From Phycisphaeraceae bacterium (GTDB lineage: Bacteria > Planctomycetota > Phycisphaerae > Phycisphaerales > UBA1924): DNA of 64,000 bases. The notes under the pieces were generated by a model, which was not told where the DNA came from, made no database searches, and saw nothing but the letters and a program-made list of their open reading frames with translations. Positions 9,601 to 17,383 of this stretch are shown here, one piece after another. The position numbers were made by a program, and so were the translations under genes. Location of the stretch: contig JAHBXH010000001.1 in assembly GCA_019636555.1 (NCBI GenBank), forward strand, positions 1,582,928 through 1,646,927, read 5' to 3'. Position 1 is the stretch's first letter, and each line of letters opens with the position of its first letter.

Positions 9601-10537
9601 CGCGGTTCTCACGCCTCTTGATCGCCTGCACTTCACCGACAACGCGATCCCGGGCGACGTCGGCTTCGATCTGAGCGGAATCGAGGCGGCGCTTCGCGTT
9701 CTCGACGGCGCGCACGAAAGCGTGAATCGCGGGAGTGACCTGCCGATGGGCCCACGTGCGCACGCCGAACAGAATCGCCATCGCGAGCAGGAAGCCCGAG
9801 CCCATACCGATGGCGACGTCCTGCGCCACCGGCGGCCAGCCCTTCAGCGTTGCGACGCCTCCGCCCGCACCCATCATCACGAGCATCAGGAGCGCAATGC
9901 CCTCGCCTCGGAGCAGAAACGGGCTGAGAGCGCTCTGGAGCCAGTAGACGTGGTTCGCAACATCCACGGCCGAGGCGTCAAGGTCGGCGGTCGAAGACGG
10001 GGCGGGGCGCGATTCCGCGCTCTCCGGAGTCGGGTCCGGAAGCGTGCGGCCCTTCCTCGCGAGTATTTGCTTGGCCCGCTCGGTGGCCAGTTCCAGGTCC
10101 TCGCGCCGCGACTTCAGAGACTTGGTCGTCGTTTCGTGCTGGAGTCTCGCCTTGCGGAGCGTCGATTCGCCGACGGTCTCCGAGAGCCACAGCGCTTCTT
10201 CTGCCTGCTGCTCGGCCTTGTGCTCGAGTTCGGTGAGGCCGATGGAAAACTTCGAAAGCTCTTTCTCGCGCAGATCGCTGGTGTCCGCGACGAGCTGATC
10301 GAGCCGCGCGCGGAGCTGGTCCATGCCCGCGGCGTGGGTCCGATCGATCTCCGCCAATTCGCGGTCCGCGTCTTCCACTGCCTTGGCATGAATCCGCCTG
10401 GCCTCGGCTTCGGCCTCTCCAACGGTCTGACGCAGGCCGGAAGCGATCTGCTGCTCGACCTCGGCGCGGTGCGCAACGAGCGGCACGAGCGAACGCAGCA
10501 GGATTCGTTCGGGCTGGAGGCGATTCGGTTCGGTCAT
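6626..10537 (-). CDS. membrane-anchored multi-domain FtsK/SpoIIIE-family ATPase (EssC/EccC-like)
   Basis: 1303 aa. Coiled-coil N-terminus, two hydrophobic helices (about aa 212-262) and a second long coiled coil. A degenerate P-loop-like domain follows (about aa 480-650, no Walker A). The canonical FtsK domain has Walker A GRTGSGKST (nt 8231-8257) and Walker B LLIVDEF. A third degenerate domain (LLIVGQSERAAF..., about aa 1060-1290) ends the protein. Confidence 0.85.
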   Translation of the reverse strand: MTEPNRLQPERILLRSLVPLVAHRAEVEQQIASGLRQTVGEAEAEARRIHAKAVEDADRELAEIDRTHAAGMDQLRARLDQLVADTSDLREKELSKFSIGLTELEHKAEQQAEEALWLSETVGESTLRKARLQHETTTKSLKSRREDLELATERAKQILARKGRTLPDPTPESAESRPAPSSTADLDASAVDVANHVYWLQSALSPFLLRGEGIALLMLVMMGAGGGVATLKGWPPVAQDVAIGMGSGFLLAMAILFGVRTWAHRQVTPAIHAFVRAVENAKRRLDSAQIEADVARDRVVGEVQAIKRRENRAAETRLLEARELYEQRRTVKEPKLRTELDYRVRKAEERRTGKLDRAEQDYQAKRKRREASRDEQVAASAARRDQVIAEAKEVAAKREADLQSRWLEEGNRLLAEARDIGSSSATDQPDWTQLLERPARESSNDLIRIGWIDVNLAEMPGGLPTSEGLKLTGETALRLPLNLDLQGVGSLVMHTTPESRTRALSTIQATMLRLLSQLPPGKVRFTMFDPVGLGQSFAGFMQLADFEPLIVGDRIWTEPRHLEQKLTDLTEHMEQVIQKYLRNQFGSIQEYNVQAGEIAEPFRFLVIADLPANFSEAAAKRLAAIVASGPRCGVFTLIMADSRARPPAWLPMADIERGAITLTWKSDRFVVKDDDYARWNIQPEQAPPDDVFNVLIKHLGSLAKDSGRVQVPFDTVAPKPAELWTRSSAKELDAPIGRAGATKIQSLVLGKGTAQHGLIAGRTGSGKSTLLHAIITSLAMWYSPEEIELYLVDFKKGVEFKTYATNQLPHARVIAVESEREFGISVLRRLDAELTKRGTIMRDLGVQDLAGYRQATKDDADRDPMPRVLLIVDEFQEFFVEDDKMAQEAMLLLDRLVRQGRAFGMHVVLGSQTIGGAYSLARSTIGQMAVRIALQCSESDSYLILSEDNPAARLLTRPGEAIYNDASGLLEGNSPFQVVWLPDDARDEKLRQVREKVSTLRRKPPPALVFEGNLPSNMERNAPLLALLSGEGRSARVAPKVWLGDAVSIKDPTSVTFRPQSGANLLIVGQSERAAFGLLAGATIALAARLPQPPREGAAPRITIIEGPSPEWDGATPLLETATRLSPATRHAAARGADEAIATVYGELERRRAIEHAEFEPIFLVVHGVHRFRSLRKAEDDYGFSGSAEEAVTKPDKQFMSILREGPTIGIHTIAWCDNVANLERAIDRRGVKEFDLRVLFQMSGADSSSLIDSPHAQALGQNRALLYSEETGTFEKFRPYAPPDNQALTRLLTPLEQAPQRV

Positions 10538-10586
10538 GCGGCTTTCAGTTTATTCGTTTCGACGCGGCTCTTGGTCGCTACCCCAC

Positions 10587-10814
10587 TCAATCCTTGCCCG
10601 TGTCCTCGCACTCCCGGCGAACCTGGATCACCAGCTCGCTCACGTGCTCGAGCGCCTTGATCGCGGCAACAACCATCGGTTCGAGCGGTGCGAGCACTTC
10701 TTTTTCAAAGCGGCGGCTGGCACTGTCGTCCCACTCGGAGCGGGCGCGCTCCCAGCGAAACCGGAGTTCCTTGACCGCGTCGGTGATGTTGGCTTGGGCG
10801 ACTTTGGTGCTCAT
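10587..10814 (-). CDS. small helical WXG100-like protein
   Basis: 75 aa, predicted all-helical, with SEWDDSASRRFEKE resembling the W-x-G...F turn of WXG100 proteins. It lies immediately upstream of the FtsK-like ATPase. Confidence 0.5.
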   Translation of the reverse strand: MSTKVAQANITDAVKELRFRWERARSEWDDSASRRFEKEVLAPLEPMVVAAIKALEHVSELVIQVRRECEDTGKD

Positions 10815-10874
10815 GAGGCTTGATGGGCGGCGGGCGATTGAGGTCGGGGCGGCACGGACGAAGGAATGAACGCA

Positions 10875-11912
10875 CTAGGAAGCTTCGGAATGCCACAATT
10901 CCCGATCGCCCTCATCGAGAATGCTCCGGACGGTGCCGCTGGCGAGAACCGCCAGGCTTCCGGGTCGAAGACCGAGAACGGCGCGGATGTTCGGAACGAG
11001 CTTTGCAAAAGCGGCGATCGTGGTGCATGCGTACCCGCCGGGCTGTTCGGGTCTGTCGAGCGGGGCGACAAACCAGCCGCTGTCGGTGCAACCGTCGGCG
11101 CGGGGCGGCGCCGATTCGGCCCGGCGGGCCAGGAACACCGCTTCGCACGCAACCGCGCGCCAGGCGATGAAGATCAGGTCGTCGTCGCCGGGGGGCGCAT
11201 CGGCGCCGGACAGCTTCGCAATCGATTCGGCGTCGGATGGGCTGACGGTTCCGGCCTGCCACGGAGTTTCGAGCGGCGCGGGCTTGAGTTCCGAGGCGGC
11301 CTCAAGCGAAATGATCATGGCCCGAAGGTGAGCGTACTTCTCGACCGTGGAGCGCAGGACGACGGTTTCGGGCTGATCGGTCCAGGATTCACCGAACGCG
11401 GACGCATCGACGGGCGCGAGATCCGGCGAAGAGGCCTGCAATCGCAGATAGTCCTCGATGGCGACCGCCATTTTCTCGAGCCGCTCGATCGCGCGAGGAA
11501 GGGTGGCTTGCACGTATTCGGTCAGCGGGCGGCAGGTGGATTTGTACATCATCGCTTCACGCTCCCAGCGAGGCGCCCATTTTCTGACGGCTTCCTGCTT
11601 GCGCTGCAATTCCTCGAGCCGTCTCTTGAGTTTCTCGAGGACCTTGCGTTCTTCGACGACGCTCACGGGCTCGGGGGCGCGCATGTACTGCTTGCGGCTG
11701 ATGTCGCTCTTGGCGCGGGTGACGGCGTCTTCGGCGCGCCGGACGGCGTGCTTGTAGTACGCGGGGCGCTCCTGCTGAAGCCACTGCCCCATGCGCCCGA
11801 TCTCGGCATCGACCGAGGCGAACGCGATGTTGATCTGCTCGATGAATTGTGAGAGCGCGACCTTCAGATCGCGGAGCGCCGTGACGGACGAGATTCTTGC
11901 GGACTCGGACAT
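10875..11912 (-). CDS. hypothetical protein: helical N-domain plus Imm33/DUF2185-like C-domain
   Basis: 345 aa. The N-terminal ~165 aa are helical and charged. The C-terminus (ACEAVFLARRAESAPPRADGCTDSGWFVAPLD...LGLRPGSLAVL) resembles the DSGW-containing DUF2185/Imm33 fold family. Confidence 0.6.
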   Translation of the reverse strand: MSESARISSVTALRDLKVALSQFIEQINIAFASVDAEIGRMGQWLQQERPAYYKHAVRRAEDAVTRAKSDISRKQYMRAPEPVSVVEERKVLEKLKRRLEELQRKQEAVRKWAPRWEREAMMYKSTCRPLTEYVQATLPRAIERLEKMAVAIEDYLRLQASSPDLAPVDASAFGESWTDQPETVVLRSTVEKYAHLRAMIISLEAASELKPAPLETPWQAGTVSPSDAESIAKLSGADAPPGDDDLIFIAWRAVACEAVFLARRAESAPPRADGCTDSGWFVAPLDRPEQPGGYACTTIAAFAKLVPNIRAVLGLRPGSLAVLASGTVRSILDEGDRELWHSEAS

Positions 11913-11958
11913 GAGAAAGGGCCAGAAGGAGAGAGCGCCGGAGAAAGCAGCCGGGAAG

Positions 11959-12231
11959 TTACCGTTGATTCAAGTATTCCTCGATCTTCTCGGCTTTGCG
12001 CAGGAGGAACGGGACGTGCTGCTCGGAAAGATCGGTGAACCGATTGAGCGTCTTCATGGTCGCTTCAAACTGCTCGACGAACTTGACCTGTTCCTGGTCG
12101 CGCCAGGTCTGTCCGAGCGTGCTCAGGCGCCCCTGCAGCGCCTGCATCTGCTGGACAAGATTGGTGTTGAACCTTTTCAGATCGAGAGCAAAGCGTCGGA
12201 GTTCGGCGGGATCGACAACTGCTTTAGACAT
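11959..12231 (-). CDS. small helical WXG100-like protein
   Basis: 90 aa with a central LGQTWRDQEQVKF (W-x-D turn at about aa 43) flanked by two helices. First gene of the four-gene string. Confidence 0.55.
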   Translation of the reverse strand: MSKAVVDPAELRRFALDLKRFNTNLVQQMQALQGRLSTLGQTWRDQEQVKFVEQFEATMKTLNRFTDLSEQHVPFLLRKAEKIEEYLNQR

Positions 12232-12828
12232 GATGCGCTCCGGACGATTGAAGATGCGGCGGATATTCCGCCATCAACATAGCAATCCGCACGTGGGTCT
12301 CTACGGAGCGATCCCCGGCGGATTGCCGGTTGAACTCCAAAAATCGAAAGTTTTGCGTCGTGCACGCCCGAGCCCCTGCAAGAGGATCGGGGCCTCTCGA
12401 CGCGCATCGGGGTCGGTCCTGAATCCGGGCCGTGCGCTCAAGGCCCGATACCGGCGCGAATCCGGGTCTTGCTTTCGCCTCGACGGGCTCGAACGCCGCC
12501 TGTGCGAGCCGAAGCTGCCCCGAGAGGACGCCCGATGTGGTGCGGGCCGGGACGCGATTTATTTGGTGGGGCGAATCGTTCCAGCGCCGGCCCGGACCGA
12601 GCTCGATCGTTACCGGTGAACGCGTTGGTTTTTTGGCGCAAGAGGGAGATTCTCTGGTCGGTGATCCCGCGCGGCAGCGTCCGCGGGTTCGTCTGCCGTG
12701 AGCGCCGATTCAGCGACGGCTCACGGATGGATCATTCGGCTCACCGACAGTCAAGGTGTCGTGAGCGGCGGGGCAACGGACGCTCCGCCGCTCTTCCCGG
12801 GGGGGAGGGGGATCGCGCACCGAGAAGC

Positions 12829-14727
12829 ATGGCACGATCGAATCAAAGCCGGAATCGAGTCCCGCTCATCGTCGGCTGCGTCGCGGTTGTTTTGGCGCTC
12901 TATCTCGGGCGTAAGGTGCTCGTGCCGATCGCCCTCGCGGTCTTCGTCGCCTTCGTGCTCGCCCCGATCGTCCGAGCCCTGGAGCGAATTCACCTCCCGA
13001 GGATGCTCGCGGTGGCCTTGACGGTCGGTGTCGCGACGATCTCCATCGGCGCGCTCGGATGGCTGATCGAGCAGCAGGCGGTCGAGGTCGCGGGCAATCT
13101 GCATGACTACAGAGATAACATCGCGCGCAAGCTCACCGCCGTGCGCCCGTCCAAGCACAGCCCGCTGGCAAAGGCGGGGACCGCGATTGAAGAACTCGGA
13201 AAAGAGATCACCAAGCCGGCGGAGGATCAGGCCGCGGTCGAAAAGCTGCGCGTGCCGCTCGAGCAGACTCCATTGGAAGTCCGAGTGGTGGAGGATCCGA
13301 CACCGCCGGTGACGTATGCCCGCGATTACCTCGGCCCGGTCCTGGCGCGGCTGGCGACCGCGGCGATGGTTATCGTCTTCGCGGTCTTCATGCTCCAGAG
13401 GCGCGAAGACCTTCGCAACCGGCTGATCAGGCTGATCGGTGAGCGGGAAATCCATCTGACAACGCCGGCAATCGATGATGTCGCGCACCGGCTCAGTCGT
13501 TACCTGCTCACGCAGTCGCTCGTGAACGCGGGAGTCGGGCTGGTTGTGGGCGTGGGCCTCTTCCTGCTGGGAATGCAGAACGCACCGTTGTGGGGGTTCA
13601 CGGTCGCGGTTCTTCGATTCGTGCCGTACGTCGGAACGTGGATCGGGTCGGCGTTCCCGATCGCCATCTCATTCGCGGTGTCGGAGGGGTGGCGAGAGCC
13701 GCTCATGGTCGCCGGTCTTGTCATCACGGCCGAAGTGATCGGGGGGAGTTTCATCGAGCCATTGGTTGTCGGCTCGGGTACGGGGCTTTCACCGCTCGCG
13801 GTCCTTGTTTCGGCCGTGTTCTGGGCGTGGCTCTGGGGTCCGATCGGGCTGATTCTTTCAACGCCGATTGCGGTCTGCCTGTCGGTACTCGGACGGCACG
13901 TGCCGCGGCTGTCTTTTCTCAACATACTCCTTGGAGACGATCCGGTCCTGCAGCCCGAGACCCGGTTCTACCAGCGATTGCTGGCGGGAGATCAGGATGA
14001 GGCCTCGAGAATCGTGGAAGAGTTCGCGAAGGGTAAAGAGCCGGCCGAGGTATGCGATGAACTGGTGATCCCGGCTCTTCGACTCGCGGAAATCGATCGG
14101 CACCGCGGAGAACTCGACGAACGCCAGGTGCAGGCGGTGCGCGACGTGCTCGGCGCGATCGTTGACGATCTCGGGGCGGAGTCATTGAGCGCGGAAGACG
14201 CTGCCTCCGAACTTCGCTCGGAAGCCACGCCGGTGTTCTGCGTTCCGGTGCACGACCTGGCGGACGAGCTTTCCGCGCGGATGCTCGCGATTCTTCTGAA
14301 CGAGCGGGGCGTGGCGGCGGAATCTCTTTTGCTTCGAGGTTCGGTTCGCGCCCTGCTCAAAGACATCGAGGAGTTGCCCCCGGCCGTGCTGTGCATCTGT
14401 GCGCTCCCGCCGGGCGCGCTTCTGCACACCAAGGTCATCTGGCAGCAACTGCGTCAGCGGGCGCCGAAGCATCGCGTGGTCGTGGGTCTGTGGGACGACG
14501 CCATCGACATGGAGAGCGTTCGGGCACGGCTGGGTCGAGCGGCCGATGAGTCCGTCGCGACCACGATGCGCCAGGCAAGCGACAAGGTGGCTGCGATGGT
14601 GGCAAATCCTTTGGGCGAGCCGGACCCGCACGCCAACGGCTTTGCCGCGAATCAACGGACGGGGGACAGCCGAAATACTCGGCCATTTGATCAAATGGCC
14701 AAGAGCGGAGAATCAAACGCGGGCTGA
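12829..14727 (+). CDS. AI-2E (PerM/YhhT) family transporter with C-terminal B12-binding-like cytoplasmic domain
   Basis: ATG at 12829 (MARSNQSRNRVPLIVGCVAVVLALYLGRKVLVPIALA...) followed by multiple TM helices typical of AI-2E. The C-terminal ~250 aa (QRLLAGDQDEA...IPALRLAEIDRHRGE...VFCVPVHDLADELSARMLAILLNERG) resembles a cobalamin-binding-type domain. Confidence 0.8.
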   Translation: MARSNQSRNRVPLIVGCVAVVLALYLGRKVLVPIALAVFVAFVLAPIVRALERIHLPRMLAVALTVGVATISIGALGWLIEQQAVEVAGNLHDYRDNIARKLTAVRPSKHSPLAKAGTAIEELGKEITKPAEDQAAVEKLRVPLEQTPLEVRVVEDPTPPVTYARDYLGPVLARLATAAMVIVFAVFMLQRREDLRNRLIRLIGEREIHLTTPAIDDVAHRLSRYLLTQSLVNAGVGLVVGVGLFLLGMQNAPLWGFTVAVLRFVPYVGTWIGSAFPIAISFAVSEGWREPLMVAGLVITAEVIGGSFIEPLVVGSGTGLSPLAVLVSAVFWAWLWGPIGLILSTPIAVCLSVLGRHVPRLSFLNILLGDDPVLQPETRFYQRLLAGDQDEASRIVEEFAKGKEPAEVCDELVIPALRLAEIDRHRGELDERQVQAVRDVLGAIVDDLGAESLSAEDAASELRSEATPVFCVPVHDLADELSARMLAILLNERGVAAESLLLRGSVRALLKDIEELPPAVLCICALPPGALLHTKVIWQQLRQRAPKHRVVVGLWDDAIDMESVRARLGRAADESVATTMRQASDKVAAMVANPLGEPDPHANGFAANQRTGDSRNTRPFDQMAKSGESNAG

Positions 14728-14728
14728 A

Positions 14729-15314
14729 CTACGCGGGGGTTTTCATCGCCGCGAGCAATTCGCCCGAGCCGGCGCCCCACTTGGTGATGCACTTGAGCGC
14801 TTTGGTCACCGGAATATCGAGCGGGTGCACGCGCGAGCCGGCGATGATGTAGACCGTTCCCGCCGCGGGCGTGGGTGAGGAAGGCACAAAGACGGTTCGC
14901 CTGCCGTCGGCGTGCTCTTCGATGATGAAGCAGGGGGCGAGCGCGTCCTCGATCTCGACGAGGGCGGGCTGGAATCCGCGGCTGTTCTCGATCTGGCCTA
15001 GTTGCTCGGCCACGCTGCGAAGCGTGGAATAGCCCGGGAGACGCTCGAGCACGGTGGATTCGAACGCGCGGCGGGCATGGCGCCCGACGGCCGTCGAGTC
15101 AGGATTCCGACGGCAAAGCAGATCAGCAGGATCAGCAGCGCGCCCATGACCATCGGGTACCGGATCGATTCGGGGAGGCCCGCGCTCACGGGTTTGACGA
15201 GGATCTCGAGGTGAACGAGCGCTTTGAGCAGGAGCAGGATGGCGAGCCACGCGGCAGCACGACGAGCATGCCCCCGACGAGAGTCGATTTCAGAAAATCG
15301 AGTGCTTTGAACAT
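14729..15314 (-). pseudogene. DUF502-family membrane protein, split over three frames
   Basis: MFKALDFLKSTLVGGMLVVLP (ATG 15314), then WLAILLLLKALVHLEILVKPVSAGLPESIRYPMVMGALLILLICFAVGIL, then STAVGRHARRAFESTVLERLPGY...VFVPSSPTPAAGTVYIIAGSRVHPLDIPVTKALKCITKWGAG. Each piece lies in a different frame. Confidence 0.6.
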
Positions 15315-15363
15315 GGTTTGTCCCGGGCAGGGGGTGTGAATCCGACCGCCGAAAAGGCGGCAA

Positions 15364-15388
15364 GAAAAAACCCCTGCTGACGCAGGGG
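15364..15388 (-). terminator. rho-independent terminator-like hairpin
   Basis: cccctgc-tgac-gcagggg. On the minus strand it is followed by a T-run (complement of aaaaaa at 15365-15370). Confidence 0.5.
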
Positions 15389-15603
15389 CTATTTCAAGTG
15401 GAGGTTACTCTCCACGGCTCGAACAATCCTCGCCGCGGAGGCCTCGGGGAAACAGTGACAGACCTGCAGCTTGAGGGCAAGCGAACAGATCTCCACACAC
15501 GCTTAGCAGAGCTTGGAAAAAGTAAGACTGTGCAAGAGCTGTTGAAGGAGGTGTTGCGTGCGGCAGCGTGACCGTGCAGCGTCGTAAGTGTATGTGCTGA
15601 CCG

Positions 15604-16896
15604 CTAGCAGGCTGTTGAACAAGGGCTGTCTGTCGGCGATCTGAAGCATGCCCCGGACGGTATGGCCGGTGCTGTTCGGATTGTTCGTGCTGCTCACGCC
15701 GCCAGCAGCTTCCGCATCCGCACCAGGTTGTACGCCGCGGCGGCGAGCTCGAAGCACTGCCCGATCTTCTCGCGTCCCACGTGCCTGGCCCGTCTCATCC
15801 CCGCCACCGTCTTGACCCATCCGAAGAACTCCTCCACCAGTTTTCTTCGTCGCTGGCTCTTCTTGAACGCGGCGCTCCGTCGTTCGCCGCGGACGAACCA
15901 TCTCGCCCAGGTTCCCTCGTCCGCACGCGTGCTCGCCCAGTCGATCTTCCCCTCCTTGATCGCCACGTGCGGCCGGATCCAGCGCTCCTCGAGCGCCAGC
16001 AGGAACGCCCCCGCGTCGTACCCCTTGTCCGCACCCAGCGTGGATGGACGCACCCCGTGCCGGCACTCGACATGATCGAGCATCGCCAGCGCGCCGGCAC
16101 GCTCGGCCGTGCCGTTGGCTTCATCCACCCGCACGCTCATCACCAGCCCGTGCCGGTTCTCGGTGAGCGCATGGCCCGAGTGACAGAGGAACGCTCCCAC
16201 CCCATTCCCCTTCTTGTAGAGCTTCGCCTCCGGGTCGGTCGTGCTGGCGTGCGTCGCGTTGGTCCGCCGCTCGCCCTTGAAGTCCCCCGATGGGTTGCGT
16301 CCCGATGGTCCATCGTCGTCTTTGTCCGACGCCTCGCGTTCGATCCTCTTCAGGCTCTTGAGCGAGGCGTGGCTCTGGATGAGCGAGCCGTCCACCGTGA
16401 AGTGCTCGTCGCTGGTCAATCCCGCATCGATCGCCTGCTTCACCACATGCTCGAAGAACTTCCTCGTGATGCCGTGCTCGGCCAGCCGGTCGCGGTTGTG
16501 CGTGAAGACCGAGTGGTCGAACACTTCGTCCGATGGCTGCAAATCCAGGAACCAGCGGAAGAGGAGGTCGGTCTTCAGACGCCTGCACAGCTCGCGTTCG
16601 GACCGGATGGTGTAGAGACACTGCAGCAGGAGCGCCTTGAGCAGCGTCTCGGGCGGGATGCCCGGCCGCCCGAGGCTGCTGTACGCCGCGGCAAACGTGC
16701 GGGTCATCTCCGCGAGCGCCGCGTCCACCATCCGCTTGATCGGCCGCAGCGGATGGCCAGTCTCGATCAAATCTTCGACGTTGAACGTGTGGTAGATCGC
16801 CGCCTGCCGACCGGGTGTGCCCTTCATGCCCTCATCTTCGCACGCCGGAAACTTCCGGTTGCGCGGGCTTTGCGGGATTCTTCAACAGCCTGCTAG
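15604..16896 (-). mobile_element. IS5-family insertion sequence
   Basis: Perfect 16-bp terminal inverted repeat: ctagcaggctgttgaa (15604-15619) and ttcaacagcctgctag (16881-16896). The outer CTAG may be a 4-bp target duplication typical of the IS5 group. It encloses a single DDE transposase ORF. Confidence 0.85.
15694..16827 (-). CDS. IS5-family DDE transposase
   Basis: 377 aa. N-terminal InsH/DUF772-like region (GRPGIPPETLLKALLLQCLYTIRSERELCRRL) and C-terminal DDE domain (LGADKGYDAG...EEFFGWVK). Confidence 0.9.
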   Translation of the reverse strand: MKGTPGRQAAIYHTFNVEDLIETGHPLRPIKRMVDAALAEMTRTFAAAYSSLGRPGIPPETLLKALLLQCLYTIRSERELCRRLKTDLLFRWFLDLQPSDEVFDHSVFTHNRDRLAEHGITRKFFEHVVKQAIDAGLTSDEHFTVDGSLIQSHASLKSLKRIEREASDKDDDGPSGRNPSGDFKGERRTNATHASTTDPEAKLYKKGNGVGAFLCHSGHALTENRHGLVMSVRVDEANGTAERAGALAMLDHVECRHGVRPSTLGADKGYDAGAFLLALEERWIRPHVAIKEGKIDWASTRADEGTWARWFVRGERRSAAFKKSQRRRKLVEEFFGWVKTVAGMRRARHVGREKIGQCFELAAAAYNLVRMRKLLAA

Positions 16897-17060
16897 AAAG
16901 GTGCGAGCATGGCAGAACGCCTGCCTGGTGCCTATGTTTGTCGAGGATGTCTCCTACCCATGCCGGCGAAAGGGTTGACGCTGCGAAATGTCTTCCGCGG
17001 AGGTTGCCGAGACAATGTGAAAACGGCTATTATAGATAACTTCAGCGAAAACGTTGCGCA

Positions 17061-17337
17061 TCACCGAACCCGCGTCAATTCACCCTTCGCCCACTCTCGC
17101 CATTCGCGTGTCTCACCCTGCATGGCGATCACTTTCAAGAGCGCGGGCGTGCGTTCGTCGGTCTTCCCCTGCTTGATCTGCAATCGCGCGAGACCCTGTG
17201 CCGCCGCGACATAGTCCGGGTAGATTTCAAGAGCCGTGCGATAGGTTGCCATCGCGTCGTCGTTGCGCCCAGCAGATTCGAGTGTCATAGCTAGGTTCAC
17301 TCGTGGATCAGGATGGCCCGGAAGAAGCCGCCGAGCC
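17061..17337 (-). pseudogene. TPR-repeat protein, 3' remnant
   Basis: ...NLAMTLESAGRNDDAMATYRTALEIYPDYVAAAQGLARLQIKQGK... TPR-like repeats ending at the 17061 stop. The 5' part is replaced at about 17338 by an Rhs-derived repeat. Confidence 0.5.
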
Positions 17338-17383
17338 CAGGTGAACAAGAGGGGGACGGTGGAGTGGTACCGGTTCCCGTACG
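17338..17383 (+). repeat. 46-bp Rhs-derived direct repeat, copy a (copy b at 19270-19315)
   Basis: caggtgaacaagagggggacggtggagtggtaccggttcccgtacg is identical at both positions. Confidence 0.9.

Noticed and set aside
7757-10660. 967-aa plus-strand ORF antisense to the FtsK-like gene. The same applies to 15781..16896, 37051..38787, 39789..40769, 44433..46223, 47537..49042, 50358..51704, 60919..62343 and 62459..63994.
   Set aside because: These are Arg/Ala/Gly/Pro-rich low-complexity translations with no motifs, lying opposite genes that have clear family signatures. They are typical high-GC shadow ORFs.
15393-15410. Hairpin gtggag-gttact-ctccac and surrounding sequence as the distal att repeat of the tRNA-Ala 3' end
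   Set aside because: No real identity to the tRNA 3' segment (ggagagtcgaactcc...). By eye I found no direct repeat of the tRNA end anywhere in 15.3-17.4 kb, so the distal island boundary stays undefined.
15503-15603. YD-repeat-like TYTYDAA peptide on the minus strand left of the IS, suggesting an IS-disrupted Rhs gene
   Set aside because: Joining the two IS flanks gives an in-frame TAG about 20 codons upstream and no start codon. The match is a single short motif.
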